A stretch of DNA of 64,000 nt, from assembly GCF_964204645.1 (NCBI RefSeq), contig NC_134029.1, positions 4,154,001-4,218,000 of the forward strand, given 5' to 3'. A model generated the notes under the pieces. It was not told the DNA's origin. It searched no databases and saw nothing but the letters and a program-made list of their open reading frames with translations. The translations under genes and the position numbers were made by a program. Origin of the DNA: Tubulanus polymorphus (Eukaryota; Animalia; Nemertea). This document shows positions 15,101 to 29,500 of this stretch, one piece after another (the first letter of the stretch is position 1; the number at the start of each line of letters is the position of its first letter).

Positions 15101-18100
15101 TGATTAAAGTCTCTATTTGCCAACAAATGCATCTTGTTTTTTTACAGGCACATGATGGCAGTTCGCATAAGTGTGTCTGTCCTTGAAAAGTTTTTTAATT
15201 TCATGTAATGTTATTAGGCCTATATTGATTAGGTTTTCAGGGTTGCGCTTAAGCGACATGATTTTTGACCTGACAGACCATCTGTCTATATTGCGATTGT
15301 TTATGTAATGCTTGCTATGTCAAGGGTATATACATTAGCAAGTCTTAATAAAAATCAGGCCAAGGGCACATGTTGGGCACGTGTTAGGGGGTTTAATGGG
15401 GATAACAGTCACTGTTCTGAAAGGGGTAACTCATGACAGATGATTTAGACCTAGCCTAGTTCGTCAGCTCTGGTCACAGAGCTCAAAAATTTTCCACGAT
15501 CAAATTTGAACTGATAATTCAATAGGTATTACTCAGTGAATGCTGTGATGTGTTGTGGATTCATTTATTTGTTCTCTCCGTTCAAGAAGCTGAATCATGC
15601 ATTATTACTGCAGTTAAAAATCACCTTGGCTCCTCGCCAGACGGTGTCTAGATTTTCAGGTGCTCTCATAATTCGTTTTTTCGTCATAGTTTGTTACGTG
15701 GTCATGCCATTGATGATTAACAATTCACCGCGATTTCGAGTGAGTTTTGGAACGGAATCCGTAAACAAAGAAATATGACTGATCTTTTTGTTTTAAATGG
15801 GGATTTTGTTATCCATTGTTCTGCAGACTTGATAGTTTCCACATAGTGAACTACAGATTACAATTTTCTGTGCTATGCTGTGTAATCATTGACAGACAAA
15901 GGACCCGCACGCTCCTGAGGCACAAAGGAAATTCGTCAGTGATTAACATCGCCAGCCATCATCGGTCGTCCTCAGATTTCTATCTGTGCATGAATAATTC
16001 ACAGGTTTTTTCAGTTGGCTCATTTTTGCGAGCGGCTTGTCTGGATCTGGATGCAAATCTCTCCTCTCTTCGGAGACTGTGAGTCATCCTGCCCCTTGCT
16101 CTCCATCTCTCTCCGAGCTGTCTCCATTGCAGCAGCAGCAGCAGCAGCTCACGATGTAAACAACTTTCTGGATGTCTGCCAAGTCTTTCTCTGGTTGCAG
16201 CCGTGTGTACGAGTGAGTCACTCAGTGAGTCTTCCTCTGTTTGCTCTACTTTTTTGTCATCGAGCAGGTGAAAAACACACAGCATGTTCCTGGAGAGTTC
16301 GCCGTAGTCACACTCGGGTTTCTTGATAAAACCTTGGTCTCCTAAATTTCTGAACACTGCGGGTGTTTACAGGAAGTTGAAGTGAAAAGCTTACCATTCT
16401 TTCCCGTCATGATTTAGCCTTATTCTCACAACAGGTTCGATAGCCTTATTCTCAGCATCAAGGGGGCGACGAACAGAAAACTGGCTGAAACCTCTGGATT
16501 TTGACGAACCCTTGAGTATACATGGCATATTGGTCAACTGCTAGTTTGCGAGTTGAAAAGATTTGTTTGGTGTTGGAAAGAAAAGCTTATCATTCCTTCT
16601 CCATAATGATTTCTCTCCATCCATGGCGTTGACAAAAGGAAAACGCCTGAAGAGGCTCTAAAATGCTAGAGTGCTTGTAACATATATGTCAATTGCTATC
16701 ATATATGATGGTCTTTACTAATGGATGAAGGTGTGGTTTAATGAAGAAGCCTGCCTGCGGATTCAATGTGTTATATAATTAAACCTCTTAGATTCCCTAT
16801 AAAGTTGTTAATTATCACTATGTATCAGTAAACCGTTCGTTTCATCAAATTCGCACTAGTATATCGCGATGTACTGATGTATCTGTTGTTGGAACTAGAT
16901 GTCTTCATGCATGATGTGAGTTTGTAATTTGACTAGAAGCTGTTCGGCGTTCAAATATAGAATATCAACATCAGCCTTTTTAGAATCACATTCAAAACTG
17001 AATTCTACTGAAAATATTGTTGTTAATATTGAGATTTCAATTGTTATTATGCAGACTATGTATGAACCCTTCACAAGGTTCATAATTTTCACTGGTGGGG
17101 AAGCTTTTATTCACACTTTGTTTTGCTTGCGTTTCAGGGTGTTTGTATGAGTCCTATGTGAACTACTATATATAGTGCATAGACTTTGAAACAATCAGTT
17201 GCTTGTTTTCTCAGTAAAGGCAGCGTCTGGTTATCAATAAATTACCTTTGAAATATTCATTATGGAATATCCGGTAAATGAACCCTGTGATAATAATTAT
17301 TATAATAATAACAATAACATTCATGTGACGAAAATCTGTGGAAAGTTGAACCTATAATTAATAATAGTTCGCCTTGTTTCAGACTGATGCGTTGTATTAT
17401 GGTGTGTTCCAATTAGTCGACTTATATTAAAAGCTAACATTGATTCATGTACAGTTTGAATGTATACATGTATCTGATGATTTTTGGTCCGTTTAAGTTT
17501 TCATTCATTCTCGAATTTGACTCAGATGATCTTAATCCCAGTGGTATTGCAAACCTGTAGGAAATTATGAAAACGCAGAAAAACCTTGAAACCGTAAGAT
17601 CTTTGTTAGTTGAACTGTCAGATTACTGTTTGATTTAACCAGTCTGAACTTGATAATTGATTTAATTGTCAGAGCTATGAACCTGGTTTGTTATATGTAC
17701 ATTGATATAACACAGGCAGCCACTTATGTTTGTTTTCATTTTTTCATAGCCCTGGAATCAATTTTGTGAACTCGCGTTGAACCTGTTATGATATGTGCGA
17801 TCCACTTCATGTTTATCTAAGGGCTTCTTTCCCCGAGTCCTGTATTGCCTTGACCTTTCTTTTTTTGCTGCCACATGTAGATCAGTGCCTCTGGTTTGAT
17901 ATTGATATTATATTATCTAAAAGTCTTTAAGAAATCGAACAAACTCTTTTTAATGCCCATTTGTATGAGCTGCAGATAAACCGGGCTATTAGCACTGACT
18001 GATAAAAATGAGGATCCAAATCAATAACTGACAGAGAAAATAAGGATATATTCCAGTTTCAACTGTTGGAGCTCAACGCCGCTCAGTGGGTTCGAAGATA

Positions 18101-18583
18101 CTGCCATGTCTGATATCAATGCACACACCTCTTATTTTTTATCGTGGTTTAGGCCTATGAGTTTTGCTAATGAATTTTGAATCGATAAACATTTTTGTAA
18201 TGTAGCCTAACTGTACTTTATGTTCAATCTCTGGGTAGATCGATGGCACTTTTGAACTGCGCAGGTGATTGAATCTGTTGAGTTGATAAAACGATTCCCT
18301 GACTTCTTGTTTGATGTCACATCATAGTAACAGCTTTGATAGATATGTCAACAATGTCACTGATGATTTATTAAGCAAGTTTGAATGAGTTTGAATTTTG
18401 TGATGCTTTGGTAACACCTGTAGTAATAATTATTTGTTCTAAACAGATCAATTCATTCTGGATAAATGTATAATTCTTGTGAATATTATTCAGTTTCAAT
18501 GGGTTCTGATGAATAGACTAATTTTATGTCGGAAAATTTTTAGCATTTATCATAGGATAATGATATCTGTGCATAGCGGAAGT

Positions 18584-18616
18584 TAAAGAGCTATAGCGGA
18601 AGTTAAAGAGCTATAG
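18584..18616. repeat. Short tandem duplication (TAGCGGAAGTTAAAGAGCTA x2; the first copy begins ~18574)
   Basis: Direct 20-bp repeat visible in the sequence. Confidence 0.7.
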
Positions 18617-20437
18617 ACAAAAATTCGAATAAAAATATCCAATTTAATAATTAAAAAAAAACACCTAGAGTGGTTTTTGTAGTGGATTTCTAAACTAAGC
18701 CATTGGATTGGAAATTTTTTTTTTTCGCCTGTATAAAAATTCCACTAATTGCCTGAGTGAGGGTTTATTTTTAGGTTGTTGGGTCTCGTGTGTAATGTGC
18801 AGGTATAAATAGAGCACAATTTTTAACGAAAGTCATTAACGTTGGCGCGACTCGACGACAGTCTGTCAGTCGGGATTGGAAGTAAGCCGAGCCATTAATA
18901 TTTGAAATTGCATATTTGATATTATTGTATTCATAATCAATTGGTTGAACGTCAGTCCGTCTGTCTGGTTGGGGAATTAATCGATGAATAACTTTTGAAG
19001 TTTTGACCAGTTGGTTAACGGGACGGCGTTTGAGTTTCAGTCCGTCTGCTGCAGAGTAACTAAACATATATCTCTTATTGATTTTCTATTGAATGTGCTG
19101 CCACCTCGCCAGCCATCTAAAACTAGTAATACTCGAGTGAACAGCAGTGGCGCTGCCAGACGTGGCTTTCAGTAAACTGCTGACACATACGAGACTATAA
19201 TAGCTAGATGATTACGCATAGTCTGACTAACTGTTGCTTATATATACGCGCACTAGAACTGCGTGGATGACATTCTTTATTATCAACGTGATCATGGACA
19301 CTACTAGTATATACGGCTGTTATTGTTAACTATTTTATTTTGTTTTGAATAAGTTATTATTTATTAAGTTATATATATAGAAAGAGATATATATCTATAT
19401 ACACGGACAGAACTGTTATTTATTGGTGAACGATATTTTCTCGAGTTAGTGAAAGATTCTACCTCCCGGTCTCAGCGGTTATATCATTCCTTCTGACTGT
19501 TGTCGTGGTAAAGAAATGAAACTTGATCTTGGACTTCTACCGGTTGGCATTTATGAAGGTACGTTGTTCAGTAACTTAATATGTAAAAGTCAGCGATGGT
19601 CACTTACTATCGTATACATGTTAATAGCTAAGGACACGCCGTTATTTTGCTTCTCATCTCGGAAGTTGTCATGGATACATGTAATGTCGGGTCTAGGTGA
19701 TATGTCGGCCTGTGAATAATTGAGAAGTTTAACTAATAATAACCTTAATAATGATCATAGTTCATTCGATTGTTATAGGCCTAGGTCCTATTCTTAATAT
19801 TGTAGTACTAGATAGGGATCTGCAGTTTAGATTCAAGTCTTTTGAGTAAGAAAGTTATTCAATTTCCGATGATTCAAATCTCTCCGCGATTCAATCAAAT
19901 ACTACTCATACTCGGACCTGTGAAACTGGGGTTTGTTTATGACTCTATATAAGAGCTGAATTCATTTCGTTTCAAGTGTTTAAATCTCGTAGCATAGTGT
20001 GGTCCTGAGTTTTTTTAGGCAGGCAATTTGTATTCACACAAATTAGCGAATGTTTTTACGGATAAAACGGATGATGATATAATCAGGCTTTGGAATAGTA
20101 GAACCACATCAATGAGGAATTTCATCCGCGCGTTAAAACTGCCAGCGCCCTTTTTTCCATCGTTCGTAGCTTATTGGCGGTAATGGAAAATGGTTTATGA
20201 TAATCGTTTAATTCAGGCTTATGAAATGTGTGCGGGCGTTGTGTCGTATGATTTGAAATTTTAATTCACGATGTCGCAATCTGTGACGCCCGCCCGTTAT
20301 ACGTGTACTGGCACACGGAGACCCTCGGTGATCCCTGTTCAGATCTTTGTTCATAGTGCGGAATTGATGACTCAGGGATTTTAATAATACTTTTATGACA
20401 TGGAAATAACAGCCACCTGTGACTTATAGTATATTCG

Positions 20438-20439
<2 letters not shown>

Positions 20440-20496
<57 letters not shown>
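20440..20496. repeat. (AT)n microsatellite
   Basis: Uninterrupted TA run. Confidence 0.98.
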
Positions 20497-20500
<4 letters not shown>

Positions 20501-20917
20501 TGGGTGGAAGTGGGATGTATTTCCTCTGAAATCAGCTGGAGTATCGAGAACTCTTTCGCTATTAGATGAATTATTCTCATTATGCCAATAACTCGCTATT
20601 GAGTTGTTTCTCTCGTATTATAGCGGATATTATTGTGATCTAGTTTACCCTGATTTCTGGCCTTCTATTCTAGCCTACCAGGATGTAAAGCATTATCTTT
20701 CTATTAACCCCGGTGCAGGGCTCGAATATTATACGTACGCGGTGCTTGTTATTATTGCCGGGACATTTTTTTCTTAGAATTATTTTCAACAGTGGTGAAA
20801 GTTGGATATGTATTTCGCTTGGTGCGTTCCTGGAAACGGCCTTTAAGCCGGTGTTAATTTTCAGTATCCGCGTGCGTGTGCGCGCGTTTATCTGATCACC
20901 CAGATGAAAAATGTCTC

Positions 20918-21160
20918 GGGTGGCCACGTACCTGGAAATCAGGGAAAAATTATGAAATTTTCTTTTAAAAAAGGTTGAAAATAGTCAGGGAATTTTGCTG
21001 AGATAGTTAGATAGGCTAGATCGTACGTTAGATCAAATAGTTTCTGTCTATGTAACATTTTTCACTGTTTATTGATTGGTATCTTAGCAGATTAACTGAG
21101 GGATATCAACATGTATGTCAGGGAAACGTCATGGCAAAGCAAGTCAAACCGATGTGGCCA
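20918..21160. mobile_element. Copy of the CAGGGTGGCCAC MITE family in the brat first intron
   Basis: CGGGTGGCCACGTACCTGGAAATCAGGG...GCAAGTCAAACCGATGTGGCCA, collinear with 3176-3438. Confidence 0.65.
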
Positions 21161-23678
21161 TATTAAAACTTCAAAATGCAGCCTCGGGATTCAATAGTGT
21201 GCGCTCCTTATTCTGAGTTCAGAAGATCCTTGCGGATATAGAGGAATGGTAATCAGAAAATACAATTACCAGGTTCGATAGAAATACATGTCAATGGTGC
21301 AGCTATAAAAATAGAAGCCATTTAGTGATTGAATGTTTATAAAGAAAACCTCACCTAACTCCGACAAACTGGGATCGGTTTGAGGTAACCGCAGTCCGAG
21401 TTTCGGATAGGATGTTTAGAGAGAATGATTTCGAGTCAAAAGACTGGTTGACCATGTTTAGGTGTAATTTATTATATTATCGTTCTCTCTGTCCTTACAT
21501 AGTTTGTTTACGCGAACTAAAACGAGGTGAAAAGGCCACGAGGAGCATTTTGTTATTGATTCAATGATTCCGTCCGGCGTGTGCAAAAATCTGCGACGTC
21601 ATATTGCTCGCAATTTCTCTGATTCGCGTGTGTGCCCCCTGCATCCAAGGTTCTGTCAGCACAAAGAGAAGCAGCAGCAGCAGCACGTGGTGCGGTGAGG
21701 TCTCTTCAGCGTCAATATTTGTCACATTGTTCAGTTCGGGAATAGACCATGTGACAATCTCATTTGTAAAACAATGAACAGCGTGGTTATTGTCCGTCGA
21801 TGAACTCTCTAATGACGAGCTTCTCCTGAGTTATTGTTATATCCGGTGCCTTCTGTACATCTTTTAGTTTATCTTCCCGTAGTCCCTTCATAAACATCCT
21901 ACAATATAATAGTTTTGTCCCTTACCCAGCACACCTACTGGAATGAAACAGGGTTTCATTTTGAAATCAGTTAAGTTTGACGATAAGTGCAATTCAAGGT
22001 TGTTTTTTTTTCTAAAATTAAATCAAAAATCAATTATTGGAAATTTAAGTTGCAGTTTGTGTTAACAAATTTGCATCCAGCCTGAGCCAGCAAGCGACTG
22101 ATCAAGGGGTCTATTATTTAATCGTGTTATATAACCTAACTTAATGTAGTATCTTGCAAATTGAACAGCAGAATATGCATAAAGCATTCGAAAAAATGAA
22201 ATAATCTTCAGATTGTGGAAACTTGTTCATATTATACTCAATGATAAGCGGGGTTCGATTTATTTCAATTTCGTGCGATGACTTTTCGATGATTTCTCGG
22301 CATGGAGAATTTCTTGAAAATCCGCCCCTGGTCTTTGTCTGCTGCCACTGAGTTCGAACGAACGTCGTCGACGATGACACATGCAGCTACTTTTTATTTT
22401 CCGTCGATTGAAAATTTGATGATTCACGATGTGGCGAATTAATCATTATAGAAATTGGTTAGCGGCAGCAGCGGTGGCCGATCTCATCGAGTCACCTTAG
22501 CAACGGAAAGAAACCGCTTGATCGATAGTGACCAACGATGATGACTCTTGTAATCTTTTCTACCTTTGTGTTTGCGTTTGTGTGTCGGTTATTCGCTGCT
22601 CGGTGCGCCGGGATTCGAGTCTGACGGCATTAATCATCGTCGTCGTCGTCGTCGTCGCGGTGACAATGGACATCGTTTCAGCAGACGTTGTCTCAGCCGG
22701 GGACTGATTCACGCCCGCCAGTGTCTGATTCAGTTACACACACAGACACGCGTGCTCGCTACACCGGCAGTGCTGACCTCTTGTGGCAGACGTCGGTACA
22801 TAATAAAATCTGTATTCGATGAGAGTATTGTGATGAGTATAGATTAGCACTGTCTGGCTGTGAACATTTATCCTGGCTCGTGGAATGGGCGAGGTCTCCT
22901 ATTAACCTACACGTACATTGACAAACATTTTCGGATTGTTATTTTGATAGATATTTTAAATGGCTATTCGCTCGGCGCTGACATCGCTATTAAGGTATTA
23001 TGAACTATTGATATTTCTTAGAGAAGTTTTCTCCATCACGAGGCCCATGGTTTGGCTCTGTTAGGTATAATTTAGATCCTTTGTTTATCGATGTTATGAA
23101 AGGTGTTATGTAATAGGTATGATTAATGTTTATAGTGTTATTGCAATCTGGTGTTATTGTGGCACCACAGCTGGACAATGGAGTTTCTTGGAAGTCAACT
23201 GTGGCATTTGATTTCTGGGAATTCATCAGAGACTTAATCGATTTTCCTTTATCAATTGAACTGATTTGTCTTCAAGGTTGCTTCACCTTTTGAATGGGAA
23301 TTATTGATTGAGATTATTCCATTAAATTGATAAAGCATGTGATGTTTGTTGTCTGGTATTTTCGTGCCGCTATTTTTGGTTATCTGAGACAATGCACAAT
23401 GGGCTTTGTCTTTTTCGAAAAATAGATAAAAATCCGTAGTTTCGAATTTCTATTGTCTGACTAGTGAATGAAACCAGGGAGAATAGTAGCCAACAGGCAT
23501 ATTTAGCTCAGACCCAAAATTCATTGTGCTCATTGAGATTCATGCTGATTACTGCTCTTGTTCATTATTTGTAGACATAGTCGAGTTGACTCTCGAGGTA
23601 GTCATATCGAGTGAAGATAATCGACTTTGCGGTTAGGTTGTCGTCGCTAATGTCGTGTTTTTGTTTCGTATTTTTCAG

Positions 23679-26014
23679 GTGCAATTTCCGATTTGTGCGA
23701 AAGCGACCGAATCAGTATGGCTTCGCCGACACCATCTCAGAGTGAGACGGTAACATCGACTTCGAATTCATCCGACAGCGAACTCGAGCCTCCTCCTCTC
23801 AACGTCAAATGTACACTGTGCAACGACACATTTACGATTCCGAAAGTACTCAGCTGCTTCCACACGTTTTGTCAACCATGTCTGGAAAAGATTCAAGATA
23901 CGGCTGAGAAGTTAAGCTGCCCCGAGTGTCACCAGGACACGCCACTTCCACCGCAAGGTATTAGTGGGTTGATGCCCGATTTTGCGATCAGCAATATCCT
24001 CGAATCTACCATAGTCGATACGTCGGCTTTGAATTGCACCGGTTGCAAAAGTAAGGAGACGAACGCCGTAGCTCGGTGTTTTGACTGCGCAAATTTCTTA
24101 TGCCCGAACTGCGTGATGGCGCATCAGTTCATGCATTGTTTCGAAGGCCACCGAGTGATGATGCTCAGCGACATGCACAACGGTAAAGACGAAATGAAAC
24201 TGGAGAAGCCGATGAATTGCGCCAAGCACCGCGCCGAATATTTGATATACTTCTGCCGCACTTGCAACATGCCGATATGCAAGGAGTGTACCGTCATGGA
24301 ACACGGTAAAGGTCACGAATACAGCTTCATTAATGAGGTGAGTCAAAAGCAAATCGAAATGTTACAACAATTGATGGACGAGTCGAAGGCCAAAGCGAAC
24401 GAGCTGAGAACGTCGGCGAAGAACCTCGAACACTCGGCGAATCGGCTGCAAATCGTATATACCAAAGCTCAGAATGAGATTAACGAAACGTACAATTTCT
24501 ATCGCACAATGCTTGATGAGAGAAGACAAGAGTCAATCAAAGAATTGGAAGGAGCGTACAACGCGAAGCAGGTGCTCGTCAACGGTATGGTGCAGAAGAT
24601 GCAGGACGGCATCGAGAAGCTGTATCAGGGCTGCGAGTTCATCGACAAGCTTGTCAAACACGCCAACAGCACCGAGATTCTGATGTTCAAGAAGATGATC
24701 GACGCTAAGATTCAGAGTATTCTCAACTACGTGCCTGAATCCAATCTGCAGAACGCGTTCGACTTGGAGTTCGTTTCGAATTTCCAAGCGATCCAGGTCG
24801 GCGTACGAAACACGTTCGGTTACGTGCGACAGAGCCCCGACAACGTGCAAACGAAACCTCAGCCTATCGCTCGTCCAAACGGGCTGACGCAGAAGACGAC
24901 CATGTCTATCCGACCATCGTTACCGCAAACCAACGGAACTCCGTTCAACGTCGATTTCTCGCCCGTACTTAACAAGCAGTACAACACGAACAGCCTGGTC
25001 AACTTCGGATCGACCCTCGACGCGAACATAAACCCGTATGAGAAATGGTCAAGCGGTACTCTCGATGTCCTCGGTCAACACCATCACCACAGCGACATAT
25101 TCCCGCATAACGATAGCGTTATCGACCTGACCAACAAGCTGCTTACTGCCAGTATCTACCCACCAAAATCTCAAATCAAAAGGCAGAAGATGATCTATCA
25201 TTGCAAGTTCGGTGAATTTGGCGTCATGGACGGTCAGTTCACCGAGCCGAGTGGGGTCGCAGTTAACGCTCAAAACGACATCATAGTCGCCGACACCAAT
25301 AATCATCGCATTCAAATCTTCGACAAGGAAGGCCGTTTCAAGTTCCAGTTCGGCGAATGCGGAAAACGCGACGGCCAATTGTTGTATCCGAATCGCGTCG
25401 CAGTCGTCAAGACATCCGGTGACATCATCGTTACCGAACGCAGTCCGACACACCAGATACAGATCTATAATCAGTATGGTCAGTTCGTACGTAAGTTCGG
25501 CGCCAGCGTGCTTCAACATCCGCGCGGCGTAACTGTCGACAACAAAGGCCACATTATCATCGTCGAATGCAAGGTCATGCGCGTGATAATCTTCGACCAG
25601 ATGGGCAACGTTTTGCAGAAGTTCGGCTGCTCGAAACATCTCGAGTTCCCGAATGGCGTCGTCGTCAACGACAAGGAAGAAATCTTCATCAGCGACAACC
25701 GCGCGCACTGCGTGAAAGTGTTCAGTTACCAAGGCGTGTTCCTACGTCAGATCGGCGGAGAGGGAATCACTAACTACCCGATCGGGGTCGGCATCAACAA
25801 CGCCGGCGAAATTCTCATCGCCGACAATCACAACAACTTCAACCTGACGATATTCACGCAGGACGGCCAGCTGGTGAATGCGCTCGAGAGCAAAGTCAAA
25901 CACGCGCAATGCTTCGACGTTTCGCTGATGGACGACGGCAGTATCGTTCTCGCGAGCAAGGACTATCGTCTTTACATCTATCGTTACCTTCAGATACCGA
26001 GTCTCGGTCTGTAG
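23679..26014 (+). CDS. brat: Brain tumor (Brat/NCL-1) TRIM-NHL protein, main single coding exon (RING, 2 B-boxes, coiled coil, NHL repeats)
   Basis: Acceptor TTTTTCAG|23679, open to TAG at 26014; internal ATG at 23717. The NHL domain KSQIKRQKMIYHCKFGEFGVMDGQFTEPSGVAVNAQNDIIVADTNNHRIQIFDKEGRFKFQFGECGKRDGQLLYPNRVAVV...ASKDYRLYIYRY is nearly identical to Drosophila Brat as recalled. B-box CFDCANFLCPNCVMAHQFMHCFEGH. Confidence 0.95.
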
Positions 26015-26459
26015 AATACACGTTGAAAGCCAGCAGCCAGAGTCGTTATACGATAACCGTAGTAGTCAAATCTTCCATGTCACTAGACGTTACTTACTAA
26101 AAAGAAAAACTATTTATGGCTAGAAATCATGCGTGTTAATGCAGACGATCGATATACCGCGGCTCGAGCGGCTCTCGATCCGTCGGGCGACTACTGCGCG
26201 AACTTTAAACCGATGACAACTGCTGTGTTCTGGTGCGATTTTTACGACCGACTATTTCACTTACAAACAATGGTGCCGAATTCGTTTTCGATGATGAATT
26301 GTTATTTTTTACACGTACGTACACGCCTGCATGAACCGCGATCGCGTGAGTTAATCGCGGTGATGCACGCGCTCCAATAATTAGACGAGAATTTTGATTC
26401 CACTTTTTACTTGTTGCTGTTGGTTTTTTTGTGGTATAAGCATTTATATGAAATTGACA

Positions 26460-26504
<45 letters not shown>
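26460..26504. repeat. (TGA)n microsatellite
   Basis: About 15 perfect ATG/TGA units; source of the spurious poly-His ORF 26205-26507(-). Confidence 0.97.
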
Positions 26505-29500
26505 CAATGTGACCCACTATGTATTTGAGCATTCCTACATATTGATTAATGATAATACTAATAATACATTAATTAACAGTTAGTGTGTGTACAAAATGCG
26601 AGTGCGCCGCCTGACTGTTGGACATTTTTGTGTTGGCCGTTTTTCAAGCAGTAGAAATAGTATGTAGAATAATCGTATGTATTTGCCTTGAGCCGTAGAA
26701 CGACGGATCTGCGCGACCTTGCTCTTAAAGACAGTCGACGGTGGCGCGGACTCGCCCACATATACGTACGGAATATGAACAACGACGTCGTGAAAAATAC
26801 ATGCGCTCAGTAAAAACTCGCAATCGCTTTAACTTGCCGAAAAAAAAAAGAATGAAAAAAAAACACAATTTACGATCTCTCGAACAAAAAGTGCAAAACA
26901 GTATTACCGTCGATTATTTAACGATGACGACGAAAGACGACGAATTTTGCAGCTTCTCGGATATCCGGTTTCACAACGGAAAGATGAGTTTTCATTTCTC
27001 TATTCGCATTTGATCAGAGCTTTGTTGTATTTTTGCTAATTAGAGCGATTTGTCAGCCCGGATGAAGCCGCTACAGTAAACGGCAAGTCGTACTATCGAT
27101 TGTAAAGTGTTGTAATATATATTTTAAAATCATGTGAATCTTGTTTCCTTTTTGTATGTATAATTATCTGTTAAACCCTGTCAAATTTCTTTATCATTAT
27201 TATTATTATTAATATTAATATTATTCTATGCTGCCAGTGGTTGTTAGAGACAGAGAGAGAGAGAGAGAGAGGTATTCGTATTGTATAGTTATAGTCTAAA
27301 AATGAACGACCCTTGCGCGTTCATTCTTCGCCACAAGCCGCAGACATATCGCAGCTTGCTGGTGATTTATCTGGAACTAGTTCGCCTCATGAGCTAATGG
27401 ACTAGAGAAAACATGCCTGATTTTCGTCAACTAAATCGCGCCCAATTCTCAACAGTCTCGTGGCTTAGATATTTCGAATGTCGTGCTTGTGTGGAGTGTG
27501 AACGCGTTCGGGTTTTAGTAACGCTGCTCAATTAGGTAGTCACTGCTGTGTTGAATCACGCAGCGACGTTGAATCGTAGGATAATAGGATGGTATTTTTG
27601 AATGATGCCATCTTTTGGGCATTGTTGGTCACGCTGGTGAAGGTATTTATATCGCGTATATACGTATGGGTTTGCTGTCTCGTTTTAACGTACGTTCGGG
27701 CCTTTGCGAAATCATTGTTGAATAAAGAACCGGTCAGCGTCTGCTTGATAAATTTTAACCAATCGAACATCGACTGCTAGGTTTAGATAGGTAGAAACTC
27801 AACTGATCAAAAACAAATTTTTTTTCTATTACGAATGAGAAAGAGCTGATGTAACAAAGAATTTGAAATTTTTTTTGAGTTCGTGAAATTTCGCGTCATT
27901 GAAAGTTGAACCCGAAGTATTAAACACATTGATACATATCTGATACGGCGCGTATTTGATGAACTGGTATTTGTGGGCTGAATAAGGCTGGAATAACGGC
28001 CGAACGACGACAGTAAACCTGTCATGTTTGTTACTTTCGTTCCAACTGCTGGGTTTAAATATGTGTATGGGAAAACACGCTGCTTTTTGTTTTAAATTTT
28101 ATTTTTCTTCATCATGAAACGCACACTGACTGAATAGTTTGTATATTTTGCACGTCGTGCCGTCGCCTGCCGTGGCAGTCGAGCGTCAACGACGATGACA
28201 TCGGACATTTTTATCTCTTTTTGTTGTATTAACTACTGTCGTTAGCGCGATTGAACGCTGCGTTCCATCGCGAATATATACTTATATATATATATATATA
28301 TCGATTTTTCCGTTGCGCTTAAGACACCACAAAAAAATTAGAATCGTAGCGCGGCGAAATGTATAGAGGCGTCATTTTCGAAAGCCGCCGTCGTCAATGT
28401 TTTCGAAACGGTCGCGAAATTACGTTTGCACACTCGAGTGAAAAAATTGTACAAAAAAAAAACCCGGAACAATCGAAAGAATATTTTTGTCTCAAAATAC
28501 GTATGAATTGTGTGACATGTTTTTTTTTTCTATAAATGAAATTCGATGTTGTGTTGTTGTGAACTTATTCGATGTTGTAATGTATGAAAATCGTTTCTGT
28601 TGTTACCGCTTCATATATAAATTATTTTAGGATAGTCTACAAAAGATAATAAAACACGATATATATACATATACGAAAGATGCATGCCAAATATCATCAT
28701 CAAATAAGGAGACATTTTTGTTAGTGGAATTAGTTGAATTGATAGAAACCAATTGATTTTTGAGTTGATTAGTAGTTCGTTTGTTAGTCGTATTAATCTC
28801 TATCTTATTATTATTATTATTATAATTATTATTATTATTATTATATACTCTGCATTCCAAAGGATTAGATGATGAAAGGACGTTTTAGATTAAAATGTTA
28901 AAACTGATGACTTAAAGATGATGAAGTATTGCTTAAAAGAATTAATCATAAAGGAAATGTGCGTTTGTTGCGGATAATATTGATCGTGTTATATTATGTG
29001 TATGTATAACCGAATTGATTATCTATTAATGAATATAAACCTATATATTTTCATGAGAATGTTTTTCATACCGAGTGTGGATTTCATATTTGAATTGCGC
29101 CCTCCATCATCGTCTCTAGCATTCGCCAATGGGCGCGTGATCTTTGGGGAAAATTTGTGGGGGAAAAATACGAAAATATAGAGTGCGCAAATAATAATAA
29201 CTGTAGATCGAATATGAATATAAAACGTTGTGTGCATTTTTTGTCGCCGAGGTCTTCATACGAATTAACGTGGGGTTTTATACGTAACATTACTTCAATA
29301 AAAAATATCGAGAAAAAAATTACACAAAAAAAAAAAGAAGTTTCCTATAGCATTTTTAAACTGAATAAAAGATAATCTAAGTTGACTATTTTTCTGTTAT
29401 TGATAATTTCTACCGATTGCTCATTTGTATATAATGACATGCAAAAAAAGATGTTGATGTTGTAGCAAAAACCTTCTTCCATCATGAAATATTTTTTTTA

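Noticed and set aside
15980-16357. CAG-rich segment with GTGAGT donors in the brat intron (similar GC-richer patch at ~22460-22800) as alternative first exons
   Set aside because: Could be alternative promoters, but I found no ATG-donor combination in phase with the 23679 acceptor, so it is unsupported.
23575-23631. Possible 57-nt in-frame exon just upstream of the brat main exon
   Set aside because: It would leave a 47-nt intron, much shorter than other introns here (~75 nt or more), with a weak donor; needs RNA evidence.
25049-25732. 227-aa antisense ORF (also 24098-24352 and 24533-24850) opposite brat
   Set aside because: Shadow of biased codon usage in the brat exon; no recognisable domain.
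26205-26507. Poly-His ORF on the minus strand
   Set aside because: Translation of the (TGA)n microsatellite.
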